Source of the DNA: Ascidiella aspersa | Lineage: Eukaryota | DNA: 64,000 nucleotides | Direction of reading: 5' to 3' | Assembly (NCBI GenBank): GCA_963924565.1 | Contig: OZ004611.1 | Coordinates: 21,700,001 to 21,764,000 of the forward strand | In this document: piece after piece, positions 26,656-38,657 of the stretch | Numbering within the stretch: position 1 is the first letter of the stretch | How the letters are laid out: every line of letters begins with the position of its first letter | Program-made: the position numbers and the translations under genes | The notes under the pieces: generated by a model | Database searches by the model: none | Told to the model about the DNA's origin: nothing | Seen by the model: only the letters and a program-made list of their open reading frames with translations

Positions 26656-29600
26656 TCACAAAGGTTTGCCTATCTTCTTTTTACGTGCTTCTTCCTGTCG
26701 CTTAAGCTTAATCATCTTATCTACGTGCGCTCTAAACGCGCTAAGGTCGAATGGTATCCAGCTGGGTTTAAAAAGTATTCTGCTCTTTCTCATGTTGGCA
26801 TGCACAGCGTCCCTTTCGCGATTGTAGGCCGACTTGTGCGTTCTCAGCAAGATTCGTGTGTGGCTCGGGAACCTGCAAATGAAAGAGAATTTTTTAGGCG
26901 ATGCTGGTGCTCCGGATCGGTCGCAGGTTTTCTTGCGAATCCAGTGTTGTAGGGACTGTAAGTCCATGACTTGACTTTGGATGAATTGACTTGACTTAAG
27001 TCGTTTGGGCGAATGACTGGACATGAGTATTTTAGACAAAATACTTTGGTTAAAATGAAGTGTTTTCTTTGGCATTTTTGTGTAAAATTAAGTTAGTTTA
27101 TTCTAATTTTTGCACATAAAACAAATTGCTTGTCGTATATTGTGTTTTGAATATTTTTTAGTTGAGGTATTGGCATTGCTCATCGAACGAGTTCACCACA
27201 TTTTAGTAGCTTAACGTGTAATTGTTATGACAAAGACTTGCGTGGGATTTTGCTTATTATTTATTCAAAAAGACTTGACTTTAACTTAAGTAATTTTACA
27301 TCTGCCTTGACTTAGATTTCATTTATTTTACAAATGACTTGACTGGGAAGTCATTTCAAATGAATTGTTTACAACACTGACGACATGGAATGTCAAGTAC
27401 AGCATAAGAACAAAATCGTCTGAATAAGACCTAAATCTGTCGGAATAATGCCTAAATTCATCGGAATATGGCCTAAATGGCCGAAATAACGCCCGAACCT
27501 GCGGGTAGATGGTATGGGAAGATCGGGGGCCAGTCTGGCATCGGCCGTTTTGGTGACTACAGCTGGACGCTCAAGTTTGACGAATTTTTGGTCTTGTTTG
27601 GGGTTATTGGTGGGTAATGGGTGGGGTTAGAACATGGGTTAGTGTAAAACTTATTAGGGGAGTTAGTGATGTACTTAGGGGTGGGGTTTGGGGTTATTAA
27701 AGTGTTGCCTGATTTCTGACCTTTTAGGTCGAATGACGGATATAGGACTTATTCCAATTTAGACGGTAGTAATACCATTAGGTATTAGTCCTGTTTTGGC
27801 CTTATTCCGAATTGTGTTTTATTATGACGGTAATGTTGTTCATATGTTGGTCTAATGACTATGGAGTCCTTTTAATTGCATAAAATTACCTTTTTAATTG
27901 TTTTTTAAACTAGCCGTTTTGACTTAAATGAGTAATAATAATATCACCTTTTGAAAGACTTGATTTTAAAAATGCCGATTTGACTATTGATAAAGCAGTT
28001 AAAAATTAGCAGTTAATTTTAAACTATGGCTATGGTTTAAAATTAAGTAATTTTCTATATTTTACAGATGGGCTAAATTGTAGTTCAGTTGGCAACACTG
28101 CTGATTGTGCGTATAGCTATTGCTTTGGTAACAAACGTTTACCTGGTAACAGCTTCAGGGACGCTTGCAAGGCTGTTGAGACCGTCTGTGGCCATTCGAC
28201 TGCTTGCCAGCTTTCTCCGTTGCATACGATAGGGATTTAAGGGGTTTCTCTCGTCTCGTTCGTGTTTGATCATTTTGAACCTATGACGTTTAGCAAACTG
28301 CGTTTTAAAAAGCTAGTTTTCGATGCATAAAGTGTTCCGATGTTCAAAAAAATTTAAAAAGCCTGGATTAGTCGCAACACAAAATTTAGGCATCAGTGTC
28401 GCAAAGAAAACTCAAACTTTCCTGTTTTATCAGTCGGATTTGTAATTTGTTTTGTTGTAAAATTATAAAAGGCTATTTACAAGTAATTATAGTGTAAACA
28501 TAAAATGTTGTGGCGGGCTGGGTCAAAAATAATACATCATACTGTTACGCTATAAAACAAGTAAGCTTTTAAGCCAAAAAAACTGTTAATACGTTGGGAG
28601 TTGTGCACAAATATGCAAATAAAGTCGAAATAAAAAAAAGACAACAACGTTTTGAGCGAAGCGCGAAAAATTTGCGGCTATTAGGTTGACGGCGTCTTTT
28701 TAATCAGAGGGAGCGTGGCGCTTAGGCAAAATAAATTAGATGTACATTGCTCGATATATTAGCATTTATCTGGTTTGGGGGCCATTGACTGCAAAGTCAC
28801 TCATAAAACTCGTAAAAAAGTACGCTCGAAGCACATAAATGAGTAGGCGTATTTGCGTCGCCTACTCATTTATCCCAGTCGTGTTGCCTGCGAGGCTGTA
28901 GTGCTTTTCATTGCGTTTTTAGTCTATTACAATGTTTTAATATTTTATTGTTTACTTTTATTGGTTTGTTGATGGCTGCGCTCTGATTTTATTTATTTGT
29001 ACTCTTACAGGAACTGATGATGCCACTTTGGTGGCGAAATATATTTTCCTTTAAACAAAACGTCTGATCCTGTTTTTACTCATGTTTTTAACTATGAGTT
29101 TTACTTGTTAATATACGCGTCAGCGGAGCAGTGATCGACTGGCTAAAACCTGCCGCCGATGGTTTTCGATTCTATAAAGATACACCCTATTGTTTTACGG
29201 GACATGTTACTGATGCGATACAATAGCCATATTACAACGGTATAAATCGGGCAATCACGAAAAAATAACATTCACCAAATTAAATTGAAAATGATTAACG
29301 TGTCGAGTTGTTTCAGAAATTGGAAAGCGGTCAATCGGCCATTAATGTTAATCTTTATTTATATTTGAAAGACGGGAAATTCGATCCAAATACGAAATGT
29401 GCATTATAAATATAACAGGCAAAAAATAGAGTTTGGCAGGGTCATAACTGTATCCGTCCATGGAAAGACTGGTGTATATATAAGTTAAAACAACCTGAAA
29501 ATACGAGCTATAGTTAATGTGGCTTACTGTCTATACAGTGAATATTCTTAAAATAAAGAGGCTATAAGATACAGTTGCATATGTGTTGCCAAATTAGCGC

Positions 29601-32600
29601 AGAAAATGCCGCCCCCCAGGTGTGGTGTAGTACTAGTACTCACCTGCTGGTTACGTTATCCGTAGTCCGCCAAATTGACATATTCATGTGCAGAATGCGA
29701 TACATCATTTCATCATCTTCCCCTCCCCACCCCTGAAAGAAGAAAGAAAATTACCAAAACAAGTTCTGATCAAAACCACAACAAAAAAGAATTACGAAAT
29801 CCGATAAACGAAACGAAACTATTAAATAAAATATGCTTGAAATAAAAGTATTTTTTAATTCAGCAGATTTTGTCTGTAAAAAATTTAAATTTCGCTCAGT
29901 TTAAAATTCATTACAAGGTGAAACGCCACTTTTAAACAAAACTAATTTTATGAAGTGAGTCAGGGCGCTTAAGCAAATCTTTATGCTAAACACGAATAAC
30001 AGTGCGAAACGCATTGCTTATCTCAAAAAGCTTTGTCCTAACCCCCTTTATTTAGAGTTTATCGACGTATATTATAGTGGGTTTAGTAACGCTTGTCTGC
30101 CCAACTTTACCCCGACGAAAATACCCACCTCGAATTCGTTTGAGTATCCATTTAGCTTTGTAAACTGCTCTTCTGTATAAGCCGATGCACCGCCCACTGT
30201 CAAATGCTTGTTGTACGAATAGTTGAACTTGCTAACGTAGGGTGCGATATGAACGATGTAGTCGGCTGTTAACGGATGAAAATGCATTACATTTTGGCGG
30301 ATACAACAAACGGCCAATCAAGGGAGGCCATTAAGCCATGGAAGTTGCAAGCTAAAGACCGAATGTTGTGTTCAAATTTTGAAATAGACTCAAATAACGC
30401 TGTTATTTAAACATTGATTTATGTTCTTTTCCATTTCATTTTTTAGCCTTGTTGTCTTTTTTACTTTTGTCACATAACGATTTTATCGTTATTTCGATTG
30501 ACGTATCCGCTTTGTAAAGCAAATGATTCTCTGAAGGTTTCTTTTCGCGAGTAAGGGTTCCGATTTTGCCAGTATATACTATTTATGCCAGTCGGTGAGC
30601 TGACATTGCGTCGGCGAAGTGTAAATAGCTTCGATTTCACAATAACTGTAGTTTGTACCGGCACTGTTTTGTTCACTTACATCTGCACGCGTATGGAATT
30701 CGGTCGTTCTCGGCCATCATGTCGACGTCATGAAAAATGAAGCAATCGAACTTCATGAGCTGCTGGGCGTACGTGAAACCGGCATTCATTAGTTGGCCTG
30801 AAACGCAGATGGAAAAATAAACAATTCGATTCGAATGACTTGCATATGCGATCTATTTGACATTCGACATTTTGACAAAACAAACACTAACAGTTGTACA
30901 TCTCGTTGCGATGAAAACTAATGTCCAAACTGTTTCCACCAGATTATAGCTAGTGTTTATATGCGGCATTTTGTTGTGCAGAAGGCGTAAATTTCCGTAA
31001 GGCTGTTAAGCCGATAAACCTTTAAGGTTAGAGTCTTTCGCTAAAATAGGTTTCTTGGCTAAGATAATTTTCGTCTTTACAGAGCTTTGTGTTCATCGTC
31101 CCGCTAGAGCAGGGGTTCTTAAACGTTTTTTTTACATCGGATCCCTAAAAATGTTTTTTGGCCTCGCGTGGACCACAATAGGTTATTTTTTTTTTAAATG
31201 ACGTCATGAATTTACGTCACAATACAAATAGACTTCATAAGTCTGCTGATTTCGGTCCAAAAATGTGAAAGTGAAATGGAGTCTTAATGCATTTACTGCA
31301 AAACCGTTTTATTTTTAATTAAACTGTTGTGTTTGATAAATTGATTACTTCTCAAATATACACTAATATTTCAATTAGGCTTTCATGGATCCCCTAAAGC
31401 TAGGTGACGGACCCCTAAGGGGTCCATGGACCCCAGTTTAAGAACCCCTGCGCTAGAGTAATGCCAGAAATACGATGCAACGAAACACGAGTTTTGGCTT
31501 AACGCCAGAAGCCTGTTTATCAGACCGGAAAGGGATTTTGTATTGTTTCGTGCCCACTGCCCATTCAACAGTCAATCCTTCAAAAGCCCAGCTCTATGTT
31601 AATAGTTCCATCCAAACCCGAACATAAACTTACAAGTACCTTACACAGCTGTCTTAAACCGCCCACCATTTTAGTGGCAATGTTTTTCATGCCTCTAAGA
31701 TTGTTTATATGTATATGTATTGAATGTGGATTGTGTTTGATTTACTCAACTAGCGTTACAACTTTTATGGTATTTTTTTCTGGTATTTTAACCAAAGCTT
31801 GGTGTTTAAACTATAGTCGTCCCTGTTGAATCCACACTAAATCTAAAAAAATCAACAAATATAACACTTTCTACACTTTCCAATTATAATGGTACAAGGC
31901 AAGGGATATACGCGATTGTAGTACTATCAGATATTTTATGATGTTCATTCAATCTCGATTTTTTGTATGTATGACTATTTCTAATACAAATAGGTTATTT
32001 AACCAAAAATTGAAAATTCATACTTAAGAATTTCTCGAAGCAAAGTGTACGGCGGAACCAAGTTTAAAAATCACTGGTCTAAAAACAGTGCATTTAAAAC
32101 TATTCTAGCAAGGCATAATTATGGTTTGATCATTTTAAGCAGACACATTTAAATGTTATATGTAAGTGGGTGAAAACAATACAGCGTTTTTCTTACATTT
32201 TGGACAAGACTGTTTCTAAATGAGCCAGAAAATACGTAGTCGTTTGATTTGATTGGGTGGCCTTCTGTAGTAGTTTATGTGGTTATATTTGGCAAGATTA
32301 ATTCTGTGCAAGATTTCTCTGACACTTGAAAAAATTGCGATAGCAATGCGAAGACGTGGCTTAATTGACCTAATAATTATAGTTGTTGTATTTTTATTAT
32401 TGTTACTTTTTTTGTTCAATCTTTCACACAGCTTGGTAAAGATACATGGGTCGCAAAGCTTCACTGTTCATTATACTTCGGCTTAGTATTGGTCGAAAAA
32501 GGGTTGGAAGGTTGTAATTGCATTGTTATCCGGTAAAACACAAAATCAGTTAATTGGTTTGTACCTTTATTGAAGGTGCTATTGTCGCTTTGCTCTACCA

Positions 32601-35600
32601 CAATGACGATGTAGCAGTGCTGCTGGCGCTGTAATATTTGATGAATATAGTACAAGAAGTACCTAGAAAAAAGAATAATTATGTAAAAGTAAGCCAATTC
32701 AGTTGGTAAAAATATCACGTGCAAACAAAACACATTAATGTGATCAAGCAAACGTATCATGAGTCCAACTATTTTTGACGTATCGCAACGGTTTCCTATA
32801 GTCTACAAGAGACATCTTATGCGTTGTGTGTCTGGTAAATCTATTAATCTATTATGTAGCTTGGTTATGTCAATATAATCAAGAATATTTAAATTGATTA
32901 AACAACTCAATATTCACATGATTAAATATAAGAGATAATGGGCGGTTAAATTGAATATGCTTGACACTATTTTTACAAGTTTAAACAGACCTCGATATGA
33001 TATTGATATCTTTCTAAGCTGAGTCGAGTAACTATTTGTTAAAAGTAAGATTCAGCAAATTTTACGTCCGGTATAATTTACTATCAAAATTTTGGTTGAT
33101 CGAGCAAAATATATTTTTATTAATCAGACCAGAATCATATAGCGCAATACAATTTTTTTTTAAATTAGACTTTTACTCAAAAAATGCTATTTGCCAGGGC
33201 AACAATTTGTATAAAAAAAGTAAGCAAATGACTACGTAGTCGATATCTTGTCTTTTAATATTATTAGATCAGGGCACATGCGTCATGCGCCCGCAGCATT
33301 ATCTGGGCCAACGAAAAGTTGTTTGATTTGGGGGGCGCAAACTTTTTCCAAACTCTTACCACTTTGTAGGTAGGGTGTTAGCGTGAAAACAAAAATAAGG
33401 CCCATCCACGTACAATTTCTGCAGCGGAAATGTTTCAATAAATATATAGTAGCCTATATTCAGAACAACAACATAAAATAAACCAAATACGCATTTAATT
33501 TGTGGCGAAAAAATGGAGTTTAAAACCCGTAAAATAAGTCCTTAAGCCAACAGGGATAGGTCCTAAACCCGTAGAAAGAAATCCCAAACCCATAGGAGTA
33601 TAAGCCTTAAATCCACCAGAGTAAGTCCTACATAATTTAAAAAAGATCGAAAACCGTAGATATAGGCAGGGTATGAGAAGAATAGGCACCGGGTCACCGC
33701 TGTTTTTGACTCGCCTTTGACTAAAGTTAGGACTGCGTAGTAATATAGGTAGGGTTATAAGTTGCACCTTCAACAAAATGGTTAAAAAGCGCTGCTCCAT
33801 TGCGTTTGCCCCTTGACAATTCCAATTATGCAAGTTAACGACTGATCATGACACTGCTGCCTATCAAAACGCCTTTGTCACGAGTGTATCGATTTACTCG
33901 TTTTTTTTTGCTTTGACATACTTTTATTGTGCGTTTCCCGTTTTGACTCACCTCAGATGCACCTCCCTGTCGCGGTAAGGCACGATCACGGCTAGCGCAT
34001 TGCGGCAGACGCAGTCATTTGGACCCATGTAAATGCCGCCCATGGACAGCGAGCTGTAGCGCAGAGCTATTTCCTCGAATGTCGGAGGCCAGTTGTACGA
34101 CGATCCGCCAAGGTTTTGCGCGTGCTGCAGTCCTGGCGACTTGCCTGCGCGATACAAGACGACGGATCGTTGTTTTTTTTCGCACGACTATAGATAATTT
34201 GGCAAGCCAAACAGAGAAAGGGATAGGTCAGGGGTCGTGAACCTTTTAGCTAAGGTAGCCATAAAAGCCATATTTTCTTAAACGTTTTTCCATGAGATGG
34301 ATTGAGAGCCATATAATACTTTTTTAACATCTAGTTATAGGTTGGCAAAAATTGTAAATTGAGCAGGGCCGTTTTGTTTTGTTCTCATTTAAAGGGCAGA
34401 ACATGCTATGCATTAAAAATTAATTAACTAAGTTTGCACAAGTTTGAATACGAAGTTCCGTTCAAAGAATAGGCCTTTTTGGATATTAAGAGATTTCCTT
34501 AAACGTCATAACAGTCTCAAAAAAAAACAAAATAAAAATAGGAATTGCGCGAAGCGCCGAAAATTTGCTTCTATGTGTAATAAAAAGGAAAATATAAAGT
34601 TAGGAAAGCGGTCGTGGCCGCGTGCAGTTTTATTTGAGATCCGGTTGACAAATCATAGCTTAGATTTTTCTGCAGCAAGATCCTTTCATCAAAAGAGTCA
34701 TTTGGCGCCACAAAAAGAGCCATATATGGCTCGCGAGCCATAGGTTCCCGACCCCTGCGATGGGTGATGATAATATATGTAAAGCACGTCCGAAACATAG
34801 TACTTTATTCCGACACAGATGTCCGACATGTTGACAGAAAGTACAACAATCCGATTTACTGGGATTTCAAGAAACGTTGAAATCAAAATGTGCAATAGTA
34901 ATATTTTAAGGGGGGAACACACCATAAGGCCTACAAGGCAGCAACATCTAAAGCAGAATAATCGATCTATAATACCATAGTATTGAGACCAACAACAACA
35001 TAATAAAGCCAAATACACAGTAGCTAATATCCAAGACACAAAAATTGTCACAAAATTTGTTTCTTGAAAAATCAAAAAAATATTAGCTTAATGAGATGTG
35101 GAACTGAAAATCCCAGAAAACTGGTGGCAATCACCACAGCAGCCTATGGCTCACCGATCACGACCTTGATCTTGCCCTCCAGAAGCGGCGACACCCTCGG
35201 GCACAGCGATTTTTCGTTGGAGCGCACCCTGCTCCAGTCGATGCTCGCGTTTCGGACGATCTCGGCGTTGATCCGCGACGGTCCGTACTTCATGCATCGC
35301 TGCAGCGATTTCTCCAAGATCGACAGTGTCTCGTTCCAGTTGTTTGAGTGTGCAATTGCCGGCAGCAGGGCGCTGGAATGTCGATTACCAAAAGCATTAT
35401 GACGTCAATAAAGCCCATTGTAATATTGGAACATTGGCACAATGAACCTATGTTACTTGATAACAAATTCCAAAGCCAACAAGTTATAACTGAAGATGAT
35501 ACAAGTTTGTATCGAAACGCCTTAATCAAGATTCTGTCGATCTACTCGACCTTTTTGGCTTTGGAATTCATTATCAAGCTACATAACAGATCCGTGCATA

Positions 35601-38600
35601 GTGCACCGAATCTATGGTGCTAAAACCAAATTAATCCTCGTTTTTTACCTGATGATAGTCGAGCACCTTCTGAGGCGAGAGTACTTGTAGAGGAATAATT
35701 TGTTTTATTATAAACAATGATCGAAATTACTGTTTCAATGTTAACAGGTCATTTTCAGTTCGATTGGTGTCACTTGCGGTTTCAGTGTGATTTGAAGTCA
35801 TTTGTAAATAACTTGAGGTAAGGTGGCGCCATTTTTTAAATAACTACTGTAAGGCCAACTCCGGGCATTTCCCACTTCCAGGTTATTGTTATAGTCAGTT
35901 ATAGTTTTGTGCATGGGCGCCGAACGAGGGTATATGCAGAGCGTTTTTTGACGCCCTGGTATTCTGGGAATACGACGAAGTTACATACAAGAAAACTATA
36001 GATATAACGCAAATTACGCGCCCGGGAACGCCGTTTAGGCTCATTAACACTGTGCGATACTTTCCTGAATTATGGCATGGAAAGGTAACATCTGCGAAAA
36101 TATCGAACCGTCTCCGAAAAATAAACCGAGGCACTAAAGACAGGACCGATTTTGCTTAAAAGAACAATTTGCCTGGCGAAAATACAGGAGACACAACGCA
36201 TTGTTCAATTGATATAATAATATGCGGAAGTGCAAAAATGGTTGTCCAAGAGCTGTTACGCTTCGTTGGTGATTAAGCAGTTACAGGAAGTAATCGGATA
36301 CTATAGGGCTATAGGAGGGGTGTCCAACACGAGGCACGTGACCTAATAAAAAATGGCACGCAAGCCCCCCAAAAATACAGCCAATTGTCAATGAAGCTAA
36401 ATTTGTTATACAGCCAATTGTCATTGTTTTTTCACAATACAAAACAATCCCAGCAATTACCACAACAAACAATTACTTCTGATATTATAACATTATACTA
36501 TTTTTTATTTTTTGTATAAAAGCGCGTTTAATACTAGAAGAAAAAATAGTTGCTAAACTTTGGCACGGAAAGAAGTTCTAAGATAAAAATTTGCACGTCG
36601 GCATGTTTGAGTTGGACACCCCTGGGCTATAGGCAGTAACTTGAAAGAGACTCCTGCGGCTACCTGGTCACATACCCCGAGCCGCTCAACGAACAATAGA
36701 GCTGTGGTTGAGACGGCGTTAATCGATTTCAGACACAATCTGCGGCCTACAGCCAAGGAGCAACCAGCGCCTTTTCTATTTTACAATAGGCTGCAGGTTT
36801 ACGATTGACCACCAAACAAAAGGAGCGGCGACGGAACATTGTTTGTAGGTGGTGCCTCTTATACGCACAAACTATAGATAGTTAGCTATTTTTTTGCGTA
36901 ACCTTAAACATTAACTTTATGCCTAATAGCTTTTTGCAGTATTTTTTGCGGCTTCCTATTTAGTTGATCCGTTTTAGACACCACTCACAACACTGTTTTT
37001 AGGTTACTTATTATTTTGTAATTGTATACCGCATTACAAAAACGCAAAAAATATATGTGAATGTTACTTTACGGCGACGAAGAATTAGGTGTTTTCCAGT
37101 CACGCAGATGTGGTAATTTATACCACGTCATTCGACACAGTTGTATTTTTCTGATCACCGAGAAATGCCAGAAAACATATCACATGTTTTTTTAATTTTT
37201 ATGTACTGAACATTTCAAACACTTTTTTTCGCTTTGTTTAGCCCTATGACGAAGATGTTATGCTATCCGTAGCATTACTTTTTGGTTATATGTTAGTTAC
37301 CACATTTCTTTTTATAATCATCGGCTATAACACGAGGCTAGCAAAGTTACACGGACTTAGCATAACTTAATATGCTCTAGTGGTGAATAGCTTGATGATT
37401 CTTACATTTTGTTTAACCACGCAAAATTAAGGTAGATGTCGCAAATTACCGCGCTTATTGCAGGGGTAATTAACCTACGCCGCCGGGCCCAAAATCCCTG
37501 CAAACCTATAGCTATACAAGTATCTAAGGGACCTCTTAACCAAGACACCACATTGGAAAACAGGACTATGTTTACTAATATTAATGTAATAGAGCTGTGG
37601 TTCCCAACCTTTTTTAGGTCACGGACTCCTTTTAAAAAATATCAAGATTACTGACCCCTAACTTAAAACAAATGATACCAAGCCAGGGGACTGTTGTCGG
37701 GTTTTCGATCAAGCTACACACATATTTTGTTTCACATCCAGACGATTTCTGTGTTTAAAATTTTACATTAAATTCAATGTGTACAATTATCAAAACAACT
37801 CGATCCTATGGCTGTGTCAAACAGGGTATTGTTCGAAAACTTCGCCGAAAAGCCAGACAATAGATAACATCGCAATCGATATGGGGATATATTTGCAGCC
37901 TGTATATATTCCCTTGCAATACAAAACGCGTGTATTCGTAAATGGTTAGAGATAAATGTTTTGTAGCATACAGGGTATGATTACGTATGTATAACATACA
38001 GGGTATGATTTTATCAGGGATGACACAAATGTACGTTTTAAAGCAATGTCACGAAACCAGTAACTTGAAGAAACTCGTGCGCGTTCAATGAGAGGGCGGA
38101 AAAGCGTTCGCGCACAAAAAAGTCCAAAGTACTATTTATAAGGAGCTTTTGTCAAGGTGATTCAGGCAAATGATTTGTGAGGTCTATTGACACTACGGCT
38201 GCCAGCTGCGATAAAACACGAAAAAAAATTCGCGCGACGCAAAAAACGTACAGTGCGTTTATCCTGCTAAACTTTCAAGTTAAATTGTTGGCATTTAAGA
38301 ACCAAAAGCCGTATGGTAAAGACGTTATAGATTCGCGAAAAGTGCAACAAATACGATTAACTTGTCAGTAACATAATACAATGTGTTCCTCAGCAGTTCG
38401 ACCTTATTTTCAGGTTTCAATTTGGAAGTGAATAGCATTATTGAAAAGGATAAGAACATTATCATCCGTGGTTAATTTTTAGCTTACCTTGAATGAAGAC
38501 TGGTTTGCAGACAATCTCGGTTTAACGAGTCTGGAATCGAAAGGATTTTGTGTTGCGCTTCGGTGTAAAGGACAACGAAAAGGAGATTGTGAATGCAAAA

Positions 38601-38657
38601 TATTCCCGTTATGACGGCCATGAAAACGAAAAGCGCTTTGCGCTGGCTCCGCGCCAT
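26656..38657 (-). CDS. GT7 family beta-1,4-galactosyltransferase-like type II membrane glycosyltransferase; 9 exons, about 458 aa
   Basis: Exons 38657-38488, 35372-35155, 34144-33952, 32662-32565, 30797-30681, 30265-30129, 29732-29644, 28280-28143, 26872-26656 (1377 nt). TM anchor ALFVFMAVITGIFCIHNLLFVVLY; motifs CPRVSPLLEG, AVIVPYRDREVHL, LQRQQ, FNKGQLMNAGF, DCFIFHDVD, GWGGEDD, MIKHERD, DGLNSL. Confidence 0.92.
26942..27379. mobile_element. MITE of the GACTT-repeat family
   Basis: TIR CAGTGTTGTA...TACAACACTG; interior homologous to 15699-16094. Confidence 0.7.
27415..27815. repeat. Foldback-like element: inverted arrays of a 20-22 bp CGGAATAAGGCCTAAA-type unit around a GGGTTA-rich core
   Basis: Left units at about 27418-27497; inverted units such as TAGGACTTATTCC and GGCCTTATTCCGAA at about 27743-27812; G-rich telomere-like centre at about 27598-27700. 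Confidence 0.55.
29009..29050 (+). ncRNA. Minimal type-I hammerhead ribozyme motif (Penelope/retrozyme type), intact
   Basis: AGGAA-CUGAUGA-U-GCCAC(UUUG)GUGGC-GAAA-UAUA-UU/UUCCU: 5-bp stem I, complete catalytic core, perfect 5-bp stem II, palindromic AUAUAU in place of stem III; predicted cleavage after 29045. Confidence 0.75.
31110..31450. mobile_element. hAT MITE, same family as 18093-18418
   Basis: TIR CAGGGGTTCTTAAAC; perfect TSD CGCTAGAG (31102-31109, 31451-31458). Confidence 0.9.
33520..33670. repeat. Degenerate minisatellite of about 21 bp (CCTAAACCCGTAGAA..TAAGT)
   Basis: Periodic AAACCC / AAGTCCT motifs; similar decayed arrays at about 545-720 and about 21380-21520. Confidence 0.5.
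34229..34757. mobile_element. hAT MITE
   Basis: CAGGGGTCGTGAACC...GGTTCCCGACCCCTG; subterminal GAGCCA motifs; TSD GGATAGGT/CGATGGGT (6/8). Confidence 0.75.
35485..35590 (+). mobile_element. Copy of the hammerhead-bearing repeat, cleavage-site U16.1 mutated to C
   Basis: TAACTGAAGATGATACAAGTTTGTATCGAAACGCCTTAATCAAGAT...TCGACCTTTTTGGCTT aligns to 40512-40591. Confidence 0.6.
36315..36624. mobile_element. hAT MITE (GGCACG family)
   Basis: AGGGGTGTCCAAC...GTTGGACACCCCTG; perfect TSD GGCTATAG; paralogue at 40730-41014. Confidence 0.85.

Noticed and set aside
28835-28873. Perfect 15-bp hairpin as a possible miRNA or terminator
   Set aside because: Too short for a pre-miRNA; better explained as a subterminal palindrome of a decayed MITE end.
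35649-35729. Possible Ser/Thr-rich stem exon of the GT7 gene
   Set aside because: It is open only as phase 1-1, while the surrounding intron is phase 2; exons 1 and 2 join directly.
36663-36746. GC-rich block with AG/GT ends in GT7 intron 1
   Set aside because: In-frame stop in the required phase and no recognisable homology.
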